A stretch of DNA of 60,838 nucleotides, the filler included, from Basidiobolus ranarum (lineage: Eukaryota): NCBI GenBank assembly GCA_040143965.1. It is 11 parts of 11 records of this genome, joined end to end, with 100 filler letters (N's around TTAATTAATTAA, not from the genome) between each part and the next. Parts side by side here need not be neighbours in the genome. Positions count along the whole stretch, not along the records: positions 27,748 to 33,185 come from JASJQH010001598.1; positions 33,286 to 38,722 come from JASJQH010001599.1; 9 more parts are not named here. One strand, 5' to 3'. Positions within the stretch are counted from its first letter, which is position 1. Every line of letters begins with the position of its first letter. A model generated the notes under the pieces. That model searched no databases. It had not been told where the DNA came from and saw only the letters and a program-made list of their open reading frames with translations. Below, in pieces: positions 27,748 through 38,722 of this stretch. Position numbers and translations under genes: made by a program.

Positions 27748-29147
27748 GGTTAGGACACTTCTTATTATTCCCCATCGCTTTTGATCCCGGGACAAAAAGC
27801 TTTGAGATAGGTGTTGAATTGAAAGCACACAGCTCTGCCTGCCCAAAATGGTCAAGTGAGGTAACCCATAGAATGGACAAAGTACAAATCCCTAAAACAG
27901 ATAACGATGGTACTGTCGTAAAAGAAGACACGACCCAGAAAACTGAAGGGAAGGAATTCACCGCAACGTCCAACAATGGGAAGGCGTCTCTCTCTTGTGC
28001 CAATTGCGCTACAAATACTACTCCGCTTTGGCGTAGGGATGAAGCTGGAGCAACCATTTGCAACGCTTGTGGTAAGTTTTTCAATTCATTTGAATTTCCA
28101 TCACGACAATCCCGAACTTAGGTAAGCTTTATCAATCATATAGGCCTTTACTTCAAATTGCATGGTGTACATCGCCCAGTAAGCATGAAGAAAAGTGTAA
28201 TTAAGCGTCGCAAACGGACTTCAAATTCAGTTTCACGTTCCAATGAACGCTCCAATGGTAATACAGGCTCTTCCAATGGACGTACCAAACAGCATGGTCT
28301 TCCCAATTCCACTCTAGAAAGTCACACCTATGACTTTTCTCGTTTATTTACTTTTAAGCATCATGGTCCATTGGCAGAGTCTAATCGACTTCTTAATCGT
28401 CTCGAACCTTATCAAGATGGAATGATATCTAAGTTGCCTAGAGAGCCATTCAACTCTTTAATTCCCGGAGAAAAACGTTCACTTTCTTTCAGTGCAGGTG
28501 GAGTTGGTGGTAAGCATCGTCGAGTGTCTGATAGTCAGGTGGATCCAAGGCCTTGGTCCACATCACCTCTTCCTGAACGGATCCAACCATCTCCTGTGTT
28601 TTCTTCGTACTCACTTCCCTCTCCTACGCACGTATCGTCAATCAGAGACTCACTTTCGATGTCACCTCGTAGGCTAAGTGAGGAACGTAACATATTCATG
28701 CCACCTGTAATAAATTCCGAATCGGCCATCCGCCATCTTCCATCATTACCTCCAATCAATCTTACAAGAAAGAATAGTCTGATTAAACAAGGAGACCTTG
28801 ACTTACCACCGATATCTGAATTTGGTCCGTCAGTACTCTCAAGTACTTACCTGAATACATCAAACAATCACTCCGGTAGCTCTCATTTGAATATTCAGCG
28901 CGAGATATCCCCATTGAAATCAATTTTGGAACATTCATCTGCTCACATTAATGATTCTATCGCAAAATCATTCCCTCGTAATCCCACCAAGCTTACGGCC
29001 TACCATTTACATACAGGACTTTCCAACCAAGGAGTAGGCATTTTTTCAGATCCAGTTTTGCATTCATTAACCTCCAAGTCAATGAGAAATGGGGAGAGTA
29101 AAATTGAGTCTACCAGTATGTTGGCACCCATTCAAAATCTATTTTGA
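27748..29147 (+). CDS. GATA zinc-finger transcription factor (SreA/Fep1-like finger), 5' truncated; intron 28072..28143
   Basis: CANCATNTTPLWRRDEAGATICNACG|LYFKLHGVHRPVSMKKSVIKRRKR. Confidence 0.92.
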
Positions 29148-30096
29148 TTTACCTAACTGTAGCTGATACGCTGACTGTTATATTTGAGAGTATTCCCGTG
29201 TTTATTGCCAGTAGGGGGTGACTTTTTTTGATTTCTTGTAACTTTGTCTATTTTTATGTTCAAAGGTTTCTTGTTTATTTTGATGTAAGAATAATGTATT
29301 TTTCTTGAATCCAACCTGATGTGTGTTACTTCATTCCTTATTCTTCTATCAATACAAGCTTTGTTATAGAGTTAGTGAGAACCAAGTTGATTCTGTTGCT
29401 TTCTATTGAGAGAGGAGGTGAATGAGGTTGTTATGATCATGGTAGTCAGCACATAACTTGGAATATCAAAACCGACAGCACCTCTAATTCAGAACCCATT
29501 CAATAATTCAAATGGAATTAAATTTCACGCAGTGATGAATTTTGTCATTTTATTTTAGCTTATTAGGAAATCTTGTCGACATAATATAATGGTAAAGTAT
29601 TATAATATGTATTCAAGACGGAGTACAGTCGAAGATGGTAAACTGGACCTCAGGAATACTTGTAATCAATGGTGATTTCGGAATATAAATCATTCGCCAT
29701 TTTCTCAAAATTTAGACTGGTGTATAATATTGAGTTTGTATCATTGTTAGCATTGCTAACGTTAAGTCATGTTCTGATCCATAGCGAAGTATACGTTGAT
29801 TCGTGTAGATAATGACAGTTATTTTATGAGTAAGAATACGCACATATCAGGGGTACAAATATATTTCGGCTTTGTTGTGGTATATTCGGTCGTAGAAGCG
29901 TATTTCTTATGATTCATTCTTTAATACAAACAGCAGTGGTCACCATTTCTCTCGTGATGATTTTACATAATAAACATGAGAGATTGAATGGTGGTTAAAT
30001 GTTTCTTGCAGTATACGTCATCCCACAAAGAAACGAGGAAAAATAAATAGGGTCCATATTCTGTATTTACAATCGGGAACACGATTGATGAGTTCA

Positions 30097-30762
30097 TTAG
30101 ACTTTACCTGGCTTAATATCCTTTCTAAACGCTTCGATGAATGTGACCGGTAACTTGGCATATTTAGGGAAGCCAGGATAATCTCCTTCGGGGAAAAGAA
30201 CTCCCTTAACTAATGTAGGGTAATCACCTGGCTTAAAGTAAGTTTGGACTACTTTGAATCCCTTATCATCTCCGTATGTACTTTGGATATTAGTTAAAGT
30301 CCCGGCAGCCAGCCAAATGCGTCTACGGACATCTTCACTTGGGAGACAATGAGCGGGGAATTCTTGCAAATAGTCCTCTTCCATAGCAGAAAAGTTGGGA
30401 GTATGAAGAGTAGTAACATATTTCTCAGATTGTGTTAAAGGAAGGGTCATAGCAAAGACTGATAGTTTTGGATCCTTCGGGCAACCTGATGTGCTATCCA
30501 CCAAGTCTTCAATTTCTTCAGCTGGGATTTCCTCACTGTGAACGTACTTCTTACCTGTCCATATAGCAGAGCTCATGATACCTGAAGTGTTCTCTTGAGT
30601 AGGCATCACAATGTCCGAAGCAAGGTTGATGGCATCTCTATGGTCGATGTAAAAGGCATAGATCAAGGTGAACAAAACAATAACCGGTGCTATGGAGTAC
30701 GCAATATTCACAAAACTAGTGCTGTTGGAGCGCTGATGGTAGGTTTTTACCGTGGCTGGCAT
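30097..30762 (-). CDS. Hypothetical single-pass (type II-like) membrane protein, intronless
   Basis: ~221-aa ORF from MPATVK with one hydrophobic stretch (IAYSIAPVIVLFTLIYAFYI) and a globular C-terminus; family not recognised. Confidence 0.7.
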   Translation of the reverse strand: MPATVKTYHQRSNSTSFVNIAYSIAPVIVLFTLIYAFYIDHRDAINLASDIVMPTQENTSGIMSSAIWTGKKYVHSEEIPAEEIEDLVDSTSGCPKDPKLSVFAMTLPLTQSEKYVTTLHTPNFSAMEEDYLQEFPAHCLPSEDVRRRIWLAAGTLTNIQSTYGDDKGFKVVQTYFKPGDYPTLVKGVLFPEGDYPGFPKYAKLPVTFIEAFRKDIKPGKV

Positions 30763-32682
30763 GGTATGTTTGTACAATTATAAGTGGAGAAAAGAATTCG
30801 CTTAGGAGATAACTAGTACGCGATCCAGTCATTTATAGTGCTCTAAAGATTCTTCCAAGGCACACGTCACTTCAGGGTCAAATTGATTGGCAATGCTAAG
30901 TCATGTTTCCTCTACACTAGATTCCCTCAATGATGTTACGTGTGAATCATGGTAAGAGAGATCATGTAGGATTTAGCGACTTGGGTGCCGTAATTTCTAC
31001 ATGTCGATTTACAATGTAATCCTAGAAGCTCTGGATAGTGGTGACGTATCGTTGAGCATGACTCCACAGTATCGGATCTGAAGTGTTGTCCTATGAAATC
31101 TCTGCATTCGGTAATGAGAGGTTAGCACTCGGGAGCATAGCGACTAATAGACTACTCGAGCTAAACTGGATTCGCTGGTCGAATGTTATGCTACAGATTT
31201 ATGATTCAGGCCTTCAGATAAAAAAGGGAGTGTGAATATACAAGTCCAATTATCACCGAATCCGGTGACTTCATAGGCTTGGTATTTGGTCATAATTGAT
31301 CATCACTAAAATCATGCTACAGGCTTAGCAGATTGTTATAAAATCCTGCCATTTCAGTCTAGTGCATTAGAACGTGCTCCAACGGCAGAAGGCTAAATAC
31401 TAAATGAACACAATCAACCCTTCAAAGCCAACTTGAATAATATACAAGCATCATTGGACACATGTAGGATGGATTCCATTGAGTCTAGAGATTGATATCT
31501 TACATAACATGTGACTATTGTCGACACGTTAAGGACACACGAATCCCTAAATCTTGCAAGATGGTGCTTAGTACGTATTTTCTGTTTCTCTTTTGTATCA
31601 GAGCGCACTAACTCTAGAAATCCATGCATCTATATAGCTATATACACATTTCTCTGAGAGTCAGCTTTTGTCTCTAAATACTAGAGTTCCTCACGAGTTC
31701 GCTTGAATATTCGTCCAATCGGTAGCTTGTTAATAGTAGACACGTGATTAGCAGGTGTCTACTATGAGCATTAATCAAGCCATTGTCAGTAATGAACATT
31801 ACATTTAGTAACGATGAGCATCAATCTAGCCTCGTTTGAATCAATATAGCATTTTTTCTCATCATTAAAGAGCCGCTAAAATCATAGCGCTATATATGAT
31901 ATTCTGGATTTCTATCAACATGCTATATGTTCTGTAGCTAAAGTAATTCCGGATATTTAAGGCTCTATTCCAATCAGTCACAAGCAGTTCTCGCTGTGAA
32001 TTTAATAATTAAGGTTAGCTTCATCCAGCATTCACCACAATGTCTTCTTTATCCTGGATACGAAGCAAGAGTGCTCTAGAAAAGAGAGCGATTCTTCGTA
32101 GCTCTACCAAGATTAATCACCCTTCCTTACTTGTTAAATTCTTCACCTGAGCATGTAAGTCAAGTATATAATTAAAGAGCCATAGGTCAATGACTACTAC
32201 ACAAGCAGATGGAACCATTACTTCCTTACTCTCCTGAGCATTCTCACTATTCCATCTATATTGGAGTTTTCAAGCCTCCAAGATTGCAGGCATGGATGTG
32301 GTTTATCTCCGTTATTATGAGATTTGCTCACACTCGTATGAGAAATACTGGTTAGGCAATGTTGGCTATTTATCTTACATGAAACCTGAGTACATGTTTA
32401 GGATCTTAAGAGAACAATCATCCCCAATGGGCATTATGGAGGATATGTATGAAAGACTCACCTAGATCTTTGAAAGGTCACAATATCATTACTGTACCGC
32501 ACTTTACTTAAGACTATGTATAAGCCACCCTCGCTTGGCCAATCATGTGTAGGAGTTTCAAATTAAATGACTGGATTTATTTATTGCATAGAATGATAGC
32601 ACAGACATAATATTTATCATACAAAAAACAGAGGATTTCGGACATGTAGTGGTATAAGCATCCAAATCCCAATACCGATACT

Positions 32683-33185
32683 TTAAGCTGGAGATATTCC
32701 GACCACTCGCTTACATTCAGAGCATCTATGAACCTTGTCTAAGCATGTACGAGTTACGAAAGGTAACCAAAAACAAGGCCAGCAGATGAAGCATAGTAAT
32801 ATAGACCAGCATGTGGCTTCCAAGGCTTATAATGTATCGCGGTAATATTGAAAAGGTTAATGGGAATCACTTTAGAGATAGGGTACTACTACATTGTACT
32901 TACATGGAATATAATCAACTTCTGAACACACCACTTTCTGGCAATAAGGACAATAAATTTGGATTGGAGAGTCGATCGGAATGACAATCACATCGTGTTC
33001 ACAAGGCCTACGTTGTGCGTGAATATTAGGCATTATATATGTTCGATATGGGTTGCTCTCTGTAGCTTGATATGTAGGCGGCTCGGTATCAATTACAACT
33101 GGTCCGGTTTGAGCAGCAGCAGGCTGACTGGATGGTAGGGAACTGTCTACTTCACCGACGGGTTTAGTAGATTCGGCAGCATGTT
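32683..33185 (-). CDS. LITAF/SIMPLE-like zinc-ribbon membrane protein, 5' truncated; intron 32826..32903
   Basis: Manual translation: ...EPPTYQ...PIQIYCPYCQKVVCSEVDYIP|SLEATCWSILLCFICWPCFWLPFVTRTCLDKVHRCSECKRVVGISPA*; CxxC, hydrophobic segment, HxCxxC. Confidence 0.9.
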
Positions 33186-33285
33186 NNNNNNNNNNNNNNN
33201 NNNNNNNNNNNNNNNNNNNNNNNNNNNNNTTAATTAATTAANNNNNNNNNNNNNNNNNNNNNNNNNNNNNNNNNNNNNNNNNNNN

Positions 33286-35100
33286 ACATCTCTCCCAATT
33301 CGAGCCTACCACCCTCTCATTGCTCCCACCGTAACTGATGAGAAGACTGACAAGCAAACTATCACTGTGCCCACTGTAACTGACGAGAAGACTGCCACTG
33401 CGCCCTCTGTAACTGGCGATAAGACTGACAAGCGTACCATCACTGTGTCTACCATAGCTGATTCGAAGACTGTCAAGCAAACCATCACTGTGCTGCCCAT
33501 TGTAACTGATGAGAAGACTGTCGAGCAAACCATCACTATACCTGCTGTCACTGTCGAGAAGACTGCCACTGCGCCCACCGTTACTGATGAGAAGACTGTC
33601 AAGCAAACTATCATTGTGCCCACTGTAACTGATGAGGAGACTGACAAGCAAACTATCACTGTGCCCACTGTAACTGATGAGAAGACTGACAAGCAAACCA
33701 TCACTGTGCCCACTATAACTGATGAGAAGACTGTCACTGTACCCACTGTAACTAATAGCAAGACTATCACTGCACTTACTGTAACTAATGAGAAGATTGA
33801 TAAGCAAACCATCACTGCGCCCACTGAAGCAGATGAGAAAACTATCACAGCACTCACAGTTCCTGGGAAGACTGACAAGAAAACCATTACTGCGCGCACC
33901 GAAACTGACGAGAAGACTGCCACAGTACTTACAGTCGCCGATGAGAAAACTGCCGTAACACCCACAGTAACTGATGAGGTGAAGACTAGCAAGCAAACAA
34001 TCACTGCGTCCACCGTCTCTGATGAGAAAACTGGCAAGCAATCTATCACCGCACCCACCGTAACTGATAAGAACACTGTCACTGGACTCACTGAAATTGA
34101 TGAGAAAACTGCCATAGCACTTACAGTTCCTGAGAAGACTGCAAAGCAAACCATCATCACGTACACCATCACTGATGAGAAAACTGCCACTGTGCCCACA
34201 GTGACCAATGAGAAATCTGTCACAGCGCTCACAGTTGCTGAGGAGAGGAATAGCAAGCAAACCATCACTGCACCCACCTTAACCGATGAGAAGAGTGCCA
34301 CTGAGACCAATGCAGCCCGTGAGAAGATTGACAGGCAAGCCACCACTGTTCCCCCTGTAGCTGATGAGAAAACTGCCACCACACCCACAGTAACCTATGA
34401 GAAAACCATCGTCGCTGCTACGGTAACTGACGTAAAGACTGTCATCACATCCACTGTAACTATTATTACAGAGCCATTTACTATCACTGATACGAAGATC
34501 GTGACACAAACCCCCATAGTACCTACTATTACTGATACAAAGACGCAGAAACCAACAGTCGAAGTGCTTACTGTCACTGATATGGAGGCCGGGAAACAAA
34601 CAGGCACAGGTTCTACTGCAACTGAACTAGCAACTGAAGTACTCACTATTACAGAGAAACAAACTGATGCTATACCTACAGTTACCGAGCCATTTACGAA
34701 GACGAAGCATATGACGATAAAGCTACCTGAGCAACAAACAGTGACAAAGAAGGGCACAGAGGCTGAGACATCTTCCGACTCTATTATTGCTACAGCGGCT
34801 CGCTTTACAGAATCTGTCAGGAAAAATACTCTTATGTCTCACTCTACCCTGAGCACTATGTTGGAACAATGTCAACCTCAAACAGTAATTGTCACTATCA
34901 CGAAAACGAAAACCGTTAATACAGAAAACGCAGCTCATCCTACTGGTGGCGTTGAATGTGTTGATGGGCAGTATAGATGCCTAGATCCGGGTGTTTCACC
35001 AAGGTTCTCCGTATGTAGTAATGGTAAATTATATGAGTACCAATGCACTGCTGGTACTGTGTGCAAACCTCTAGGTGTGTCGATCATTTGTGATTGGTAA
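33286..35100 (+). CDS. Thr-rich tandem-repeat cell-surface protein with C-terminal Cys-rich chitin-binding-like (CBM19-type) module, 5' truncated
   Basis: ORF open from the contig edge; ~30 repeats of PTVTDEK(TDKQ)TxTx; ends CVDGQYRC...FSVCSNGKLYEYQCTAGTVC...ICDW*. Confidence 0.85.
   Translation, partial: TSLPIRAYHPLIAPTVTDEKTDKQTITVPTVTDEKTATAPSVTGDKTDKRTITVSTIADSKTVKQTITVLPIVTDEKTVEQTITIPAVTVEKTATAPTVTDEKTVKQTIIVPTVTDEETDKQTITVPTVTDEKTDKQTITVPTITDEKTVTVPTVTNSKTITALTVTNEKIDKQTITAPTEADEKTITALTVPGKTDKKTITARTETDEKTATVLTVADEKTAVTPTVTDEVKTSKQTITASTVSDEKTGKQSITAPTVTDKNTVTGLTEIDEKTAIALTVPEKTAKQTIITYTITDEKTATVPTVTNEKSVTALTVAEERNSKQTITAPTLTDEKSATETNAAREKIDRQATTVPPVADEKTATTPTVTYEKTIVAATVTDVKTVITSTVTIITEPFTITDTKIVTQTPIVPTITDTKTQKPTVEVLTVTDMEAGKQTGTGSTATELATEVLTITEKQTDAIPTVTEPFTKTKHMTIKLPEQQTVTKKGTEAETSSDSIIATAARFTESVRKNTLMSHSTLSTMLEQCQPQTVIVTITKTKTVNTENAAHPTGGVECVDGQYRCLDPGVSPRFSVCSNGKLYEYQCTAGTVCKPLGVSIICDW
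33325..34450 (+). repeat. Coding minisatellite, mainly 33- and 45-bp units
   Basis: Recurrent cccactgtaactgatgagaagact(gacaagcaaac)... Confidence 0.92.
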
Positions 35101-35849
35101 TTGTAACACGTTCGTGACTCTAAGCTCTGATGAACCTCAGCATACAAAATAAAGTGATTTAGACCTTTTGTACTTTCAAGTAACTTTTGGAATATGCATA
35201 GTATCTAATATTTTGAGACGAGTCAACTGAAATGTAAGTACCACATCTGATGTTAAAAGCTACTTTTTTTTAATGGCTCTTTTTTTTCCTTGAAATTGGG
35301 AAACTTTCTAAATTTCCATATTCTAATTGCTTTTATTAGTCAATTATTTGACATAAAAGTTAATTACGATCTCACAGTGCAGTACTAATACATCTGGCTG
35401 AGTACCTATACGCTCTGTAAGTAGCTAGGTGTTAAGTTGGCAAACCTTTGCCGACTTGTACTTTGTCATATGGTATTTTTTGTAGATACCAGAGTTTGGT
35501 CTATAGATCACTACATACACTAACACTCATAAATCATTTTGTATGCATGAATTATTCAGTTGGCATTTTGTAACATTTCTTGTATGTTATAGTATATTCT
35601 TAGGCAAATAGTCTGTCAGTTCCATGCTTTTGTTAGCAGTTACTAAGTTTGATAATAATTAAGCCCATTGACCTACTGTGAAGTGTATACCAGCTGGTAT
35701 CATATGACCTATTTGGACCATGTCATTATACTGTACTTCAAAAATATTTTACTAGATTTAACTTGTCATTTACTACTTATAGAAATCATAATAATGTATT
35801 AATGACAGACCTATAGATACATTTAATTGACTCTATCATCCTAGTAGGG

Positions 35850-36052
35850 CATTCCCAAGAGGAATTTACTTGGAATATTGCTCAGATTTGTCCTAGAAGC
35901 CCCACACCTTGCACACATATTCCTAGGACCTTCCTTAACATAATCTACACGTTTATTTGCTTTCCCAACAATAAACGTTGACTCACAAGATCAATAAGTG
36001 AAAACCCTCATTTCTATCTAGTTCTTCAAACCACTTCCAAAATACTTCCACA
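35850..36052 (+). repeat. LTR family B, 3' fragment
   Basis: Matches 16280-16505 (CAAGAGGAA..., CCTTGCACACATATTCCTAGGACC, CCACTTCCAA..ATACTTCCACA). Confidence 0.75.
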
Positions 36053-37043
36053 GTAACATTGCTATTTGCATCAAATGTTACTGTATCATTTTTTCAACCC
36101 CTATATAGATATATATCCCTGTATATCTAAATTTCAACAGTTAGTTCATGCACTGAGGAACCAAGATTATACTCCGAGTATGCAGAAGTGTGACCAAAGT
36201 AAGAAAAATTATTTTTGCAATATCTCAAGTGGATTGAACTACTTTTTAAAAACATCTCTGCAAACATTGTATTATCATAATAGACAATGGCAAAACGACA
36301 TAAATTTATCTGCCCATACCATATGCATTATATTTCTCTCAATTTAAATTTGAATGAAATGGAGATATTGATGGAAATATAAAGTTCCGCATGCATTACA
36401 TTTCATAGTTATCGCACTATTCCCGAACCAGTGTTATATACCAACTTACTAAGACTACGTCATAGGATACATATCAAGAAAGATCTGGATCTCATGGATC
36501 TCTCGACCAAGCACAACTTTGGATCTACAAAATAGTCTCCACTAGGTAAAACTATATCCCGCTCTATGGCCATTATTCTCACGATGGTCAGTACTTACTG
36601 GCTCAGAGAGATTTCCATTCTTTACTTCTCTACCCCAGAAAATCACACAAGTGAATGAGGAAACTCTAAAGATGCCACCTAACTAAGAGGGACCGAATCA
36701 ACAGCTTTTAATGTTAATGCCCAATAGATGCTTGATAACGAGTGGCCCAGGAAAATGCTATTTCTCGTTGTTCTGATGAGAAACAAGCTATCTAAGGCCT
36801 TAACCTATTATATATGCATTCATTGACCTCTTTACCTAAAACGGACTTAGGTTTCGCAAGCTAGAGCAGCCGATCACTCTACATCACTGCCATATCAAAA
36901 ATCAACCATTCTTCTGGACCCTTGAATAAGACCTTACTTGGTGAAAAGTTTATTATCTTCATAGTAGCCATGGATTAGATGGAAAGCAAGATTACATTGC
37001 GCTATTAAATTATTTACATTAAACTCAACCTATTGCTTCTCTG

Positions 37044-38722
37044 TTAAAGGAAGTACCGGAAGGATTGATGTTGGTCGTAAAGTTTTTCAGTATTTTCCAC
37101 CGTTTTGGTTTCGGTATCAATATCTTTTCCACACATTTGATCCCTCCTGCTATTTTCACGAGCAAGACAGACACGAAGAAGTAGGGCCATACCAAAGGAG
37201 AGACACATAAAGCCGAGACAAATTCCATGGCCTTGACGGTAAGTTGGGGCTTGCGATTTCTTATAGATCTATGTTTATATTGGATAAAGTGGCAGATATT
37301 AGTAGTAGTTTAGCCTGAAGTGAGGTTTTCCCTCTCCTACCTGTGATCCTAAAATGGAGAAACATTGAGAGACGGTTCCATTCAAGGCGAGGGCGGTACC
37401 ACGTTTGGTGTGACCAAGGTTATTATTAGAGATCCAGGTAAGCGTCTAAAATACAATAAACGAAAGGTCAACACGATTGATAACGAAGTGATGTAGCATA
37501 GTTTAAATACCAAAGGAATGATTGGGTAAACTCCAGATGCGACAAGGATAGCTCCTACATATTTCATCGCAGTGTTTTTGCCAATGATCAACAGGATGTA
37601 ACCCAAGGCAGCTAACCCAGTGGAACCCATGATGCAATAGCCACGCTGCCTCGTTAGATCTGATATCCAAGAAGCCATAATAAGGGTGACACAACCGGCT
37701 GCATAAGGTGGAATGGTAAGAAGTTCTGCCTGAAGTGAAGTGAAGCCCATAGCCTCGATGATGGTTGGCAAGTAAGTACTAAAGGAGGCAAGACAAACGT
37801 TGAGACCGATATATACCACAATGGCGAGCCAGTTGTGCCAGTCAAGAACTGCCTTAAGCATCTGATGTTTGCTAAAGGCTTTAGTATCTTTATTACCACC
37901 TGAATGACCACGTTTAATGGCCAGCTCACGCTCGGCGGAAGTTAAGAAGTACTTGCTTGCATTGTGAGGATAATCTGGAAGAAAGAAGAAGCAGAGGATA
38001 CCAACGGCAACGGTAGGTACACCCTCCACAATGAACAACCATCTCCAGGATGCTAAGCCATACGAATCATTGAGATCACGGATGACAGCGTAAGCAATGA
38101 CGCCACCAAACACCCCGGCAAGGGTAGAAGAGGCCAGGAAAATCGACATACGCCTGGCCATTTCCTCACGCTTGTACCAGTAACTCAATAATAGGGGAAC
38201 CCCAGGGCCAAGACCAGCTTGAAAGCATCCCATGAAAAACCGGGCTATACTGAGAGTGAGAATAGTAAATGTGAACAGGAGCTATGGTAATGGACTTACC
38301 TGCCATCATTTCGGAATAGTTGTGACCAGCTGCCAGACTTTACGAAAACAAACGAGTTAGAGGAAATGTGCGAATCAAACGAATTTAGGTAATATTCACC
38401 ATGTGGCGCAAATACCCTAGATAAATAAACAAGATTAGATGGATACTTCATGGGTGGCGTGGACATTTGACTTACCCAAATAGCCATCACGAAGCCGATC
38501 CATTTGGAAGGTGGCAAGCTGCGAAATGAAAAAAATTAGCTGATGGCACCTCGTGAACGGGCATGAACCAGATTAGTTACATTCTAGTAGTCATAGTGGA
38601 TGGAATCTGACAGCTATGGAAATAGTAGTACTATTTTTATCGTCCGAATTATTAGGCTGACATAAAAATGATATTTTCATCATTGAAACCTGATATATAG
38701 TAAGCACCCTTACTATATATAG
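37044..38722 (-). CDS. MFS transporter, anion:cation symporter (Tna1/Dal5) family, multi-exon, 5' truncated
   Basis: QIPS..., ARFFMGCFQAG, WYKREEMARR, SWRWLFIVEGVPT, FLPDYP, LLTIPPY; last exon ends DQHQSFRYFL*. Confidence 0.93.

Noticed and set aside
32236..32464. Short plus-strand open frame (..MDVVYLRYYEIC..ERLT*)
   Set aside because: No recognisable family and no consistent start or splice model.
33238..34757. Long antisense ORFs (340, 360, 106 and 120 aa) that look hydrophobic or Cys/Ser-rich
   Set aside because: Shadows of the Thr-rich repeat gene; the repeat unit simply lacks stops on the reverse strand.
37025..37228. 67-aa ORF as the last MFS exon
   Set aside because: Wrong frame; the family-typical end (APTYRQGH...RENSRRD...FRYFL*) is in another frame stopping at 37044.
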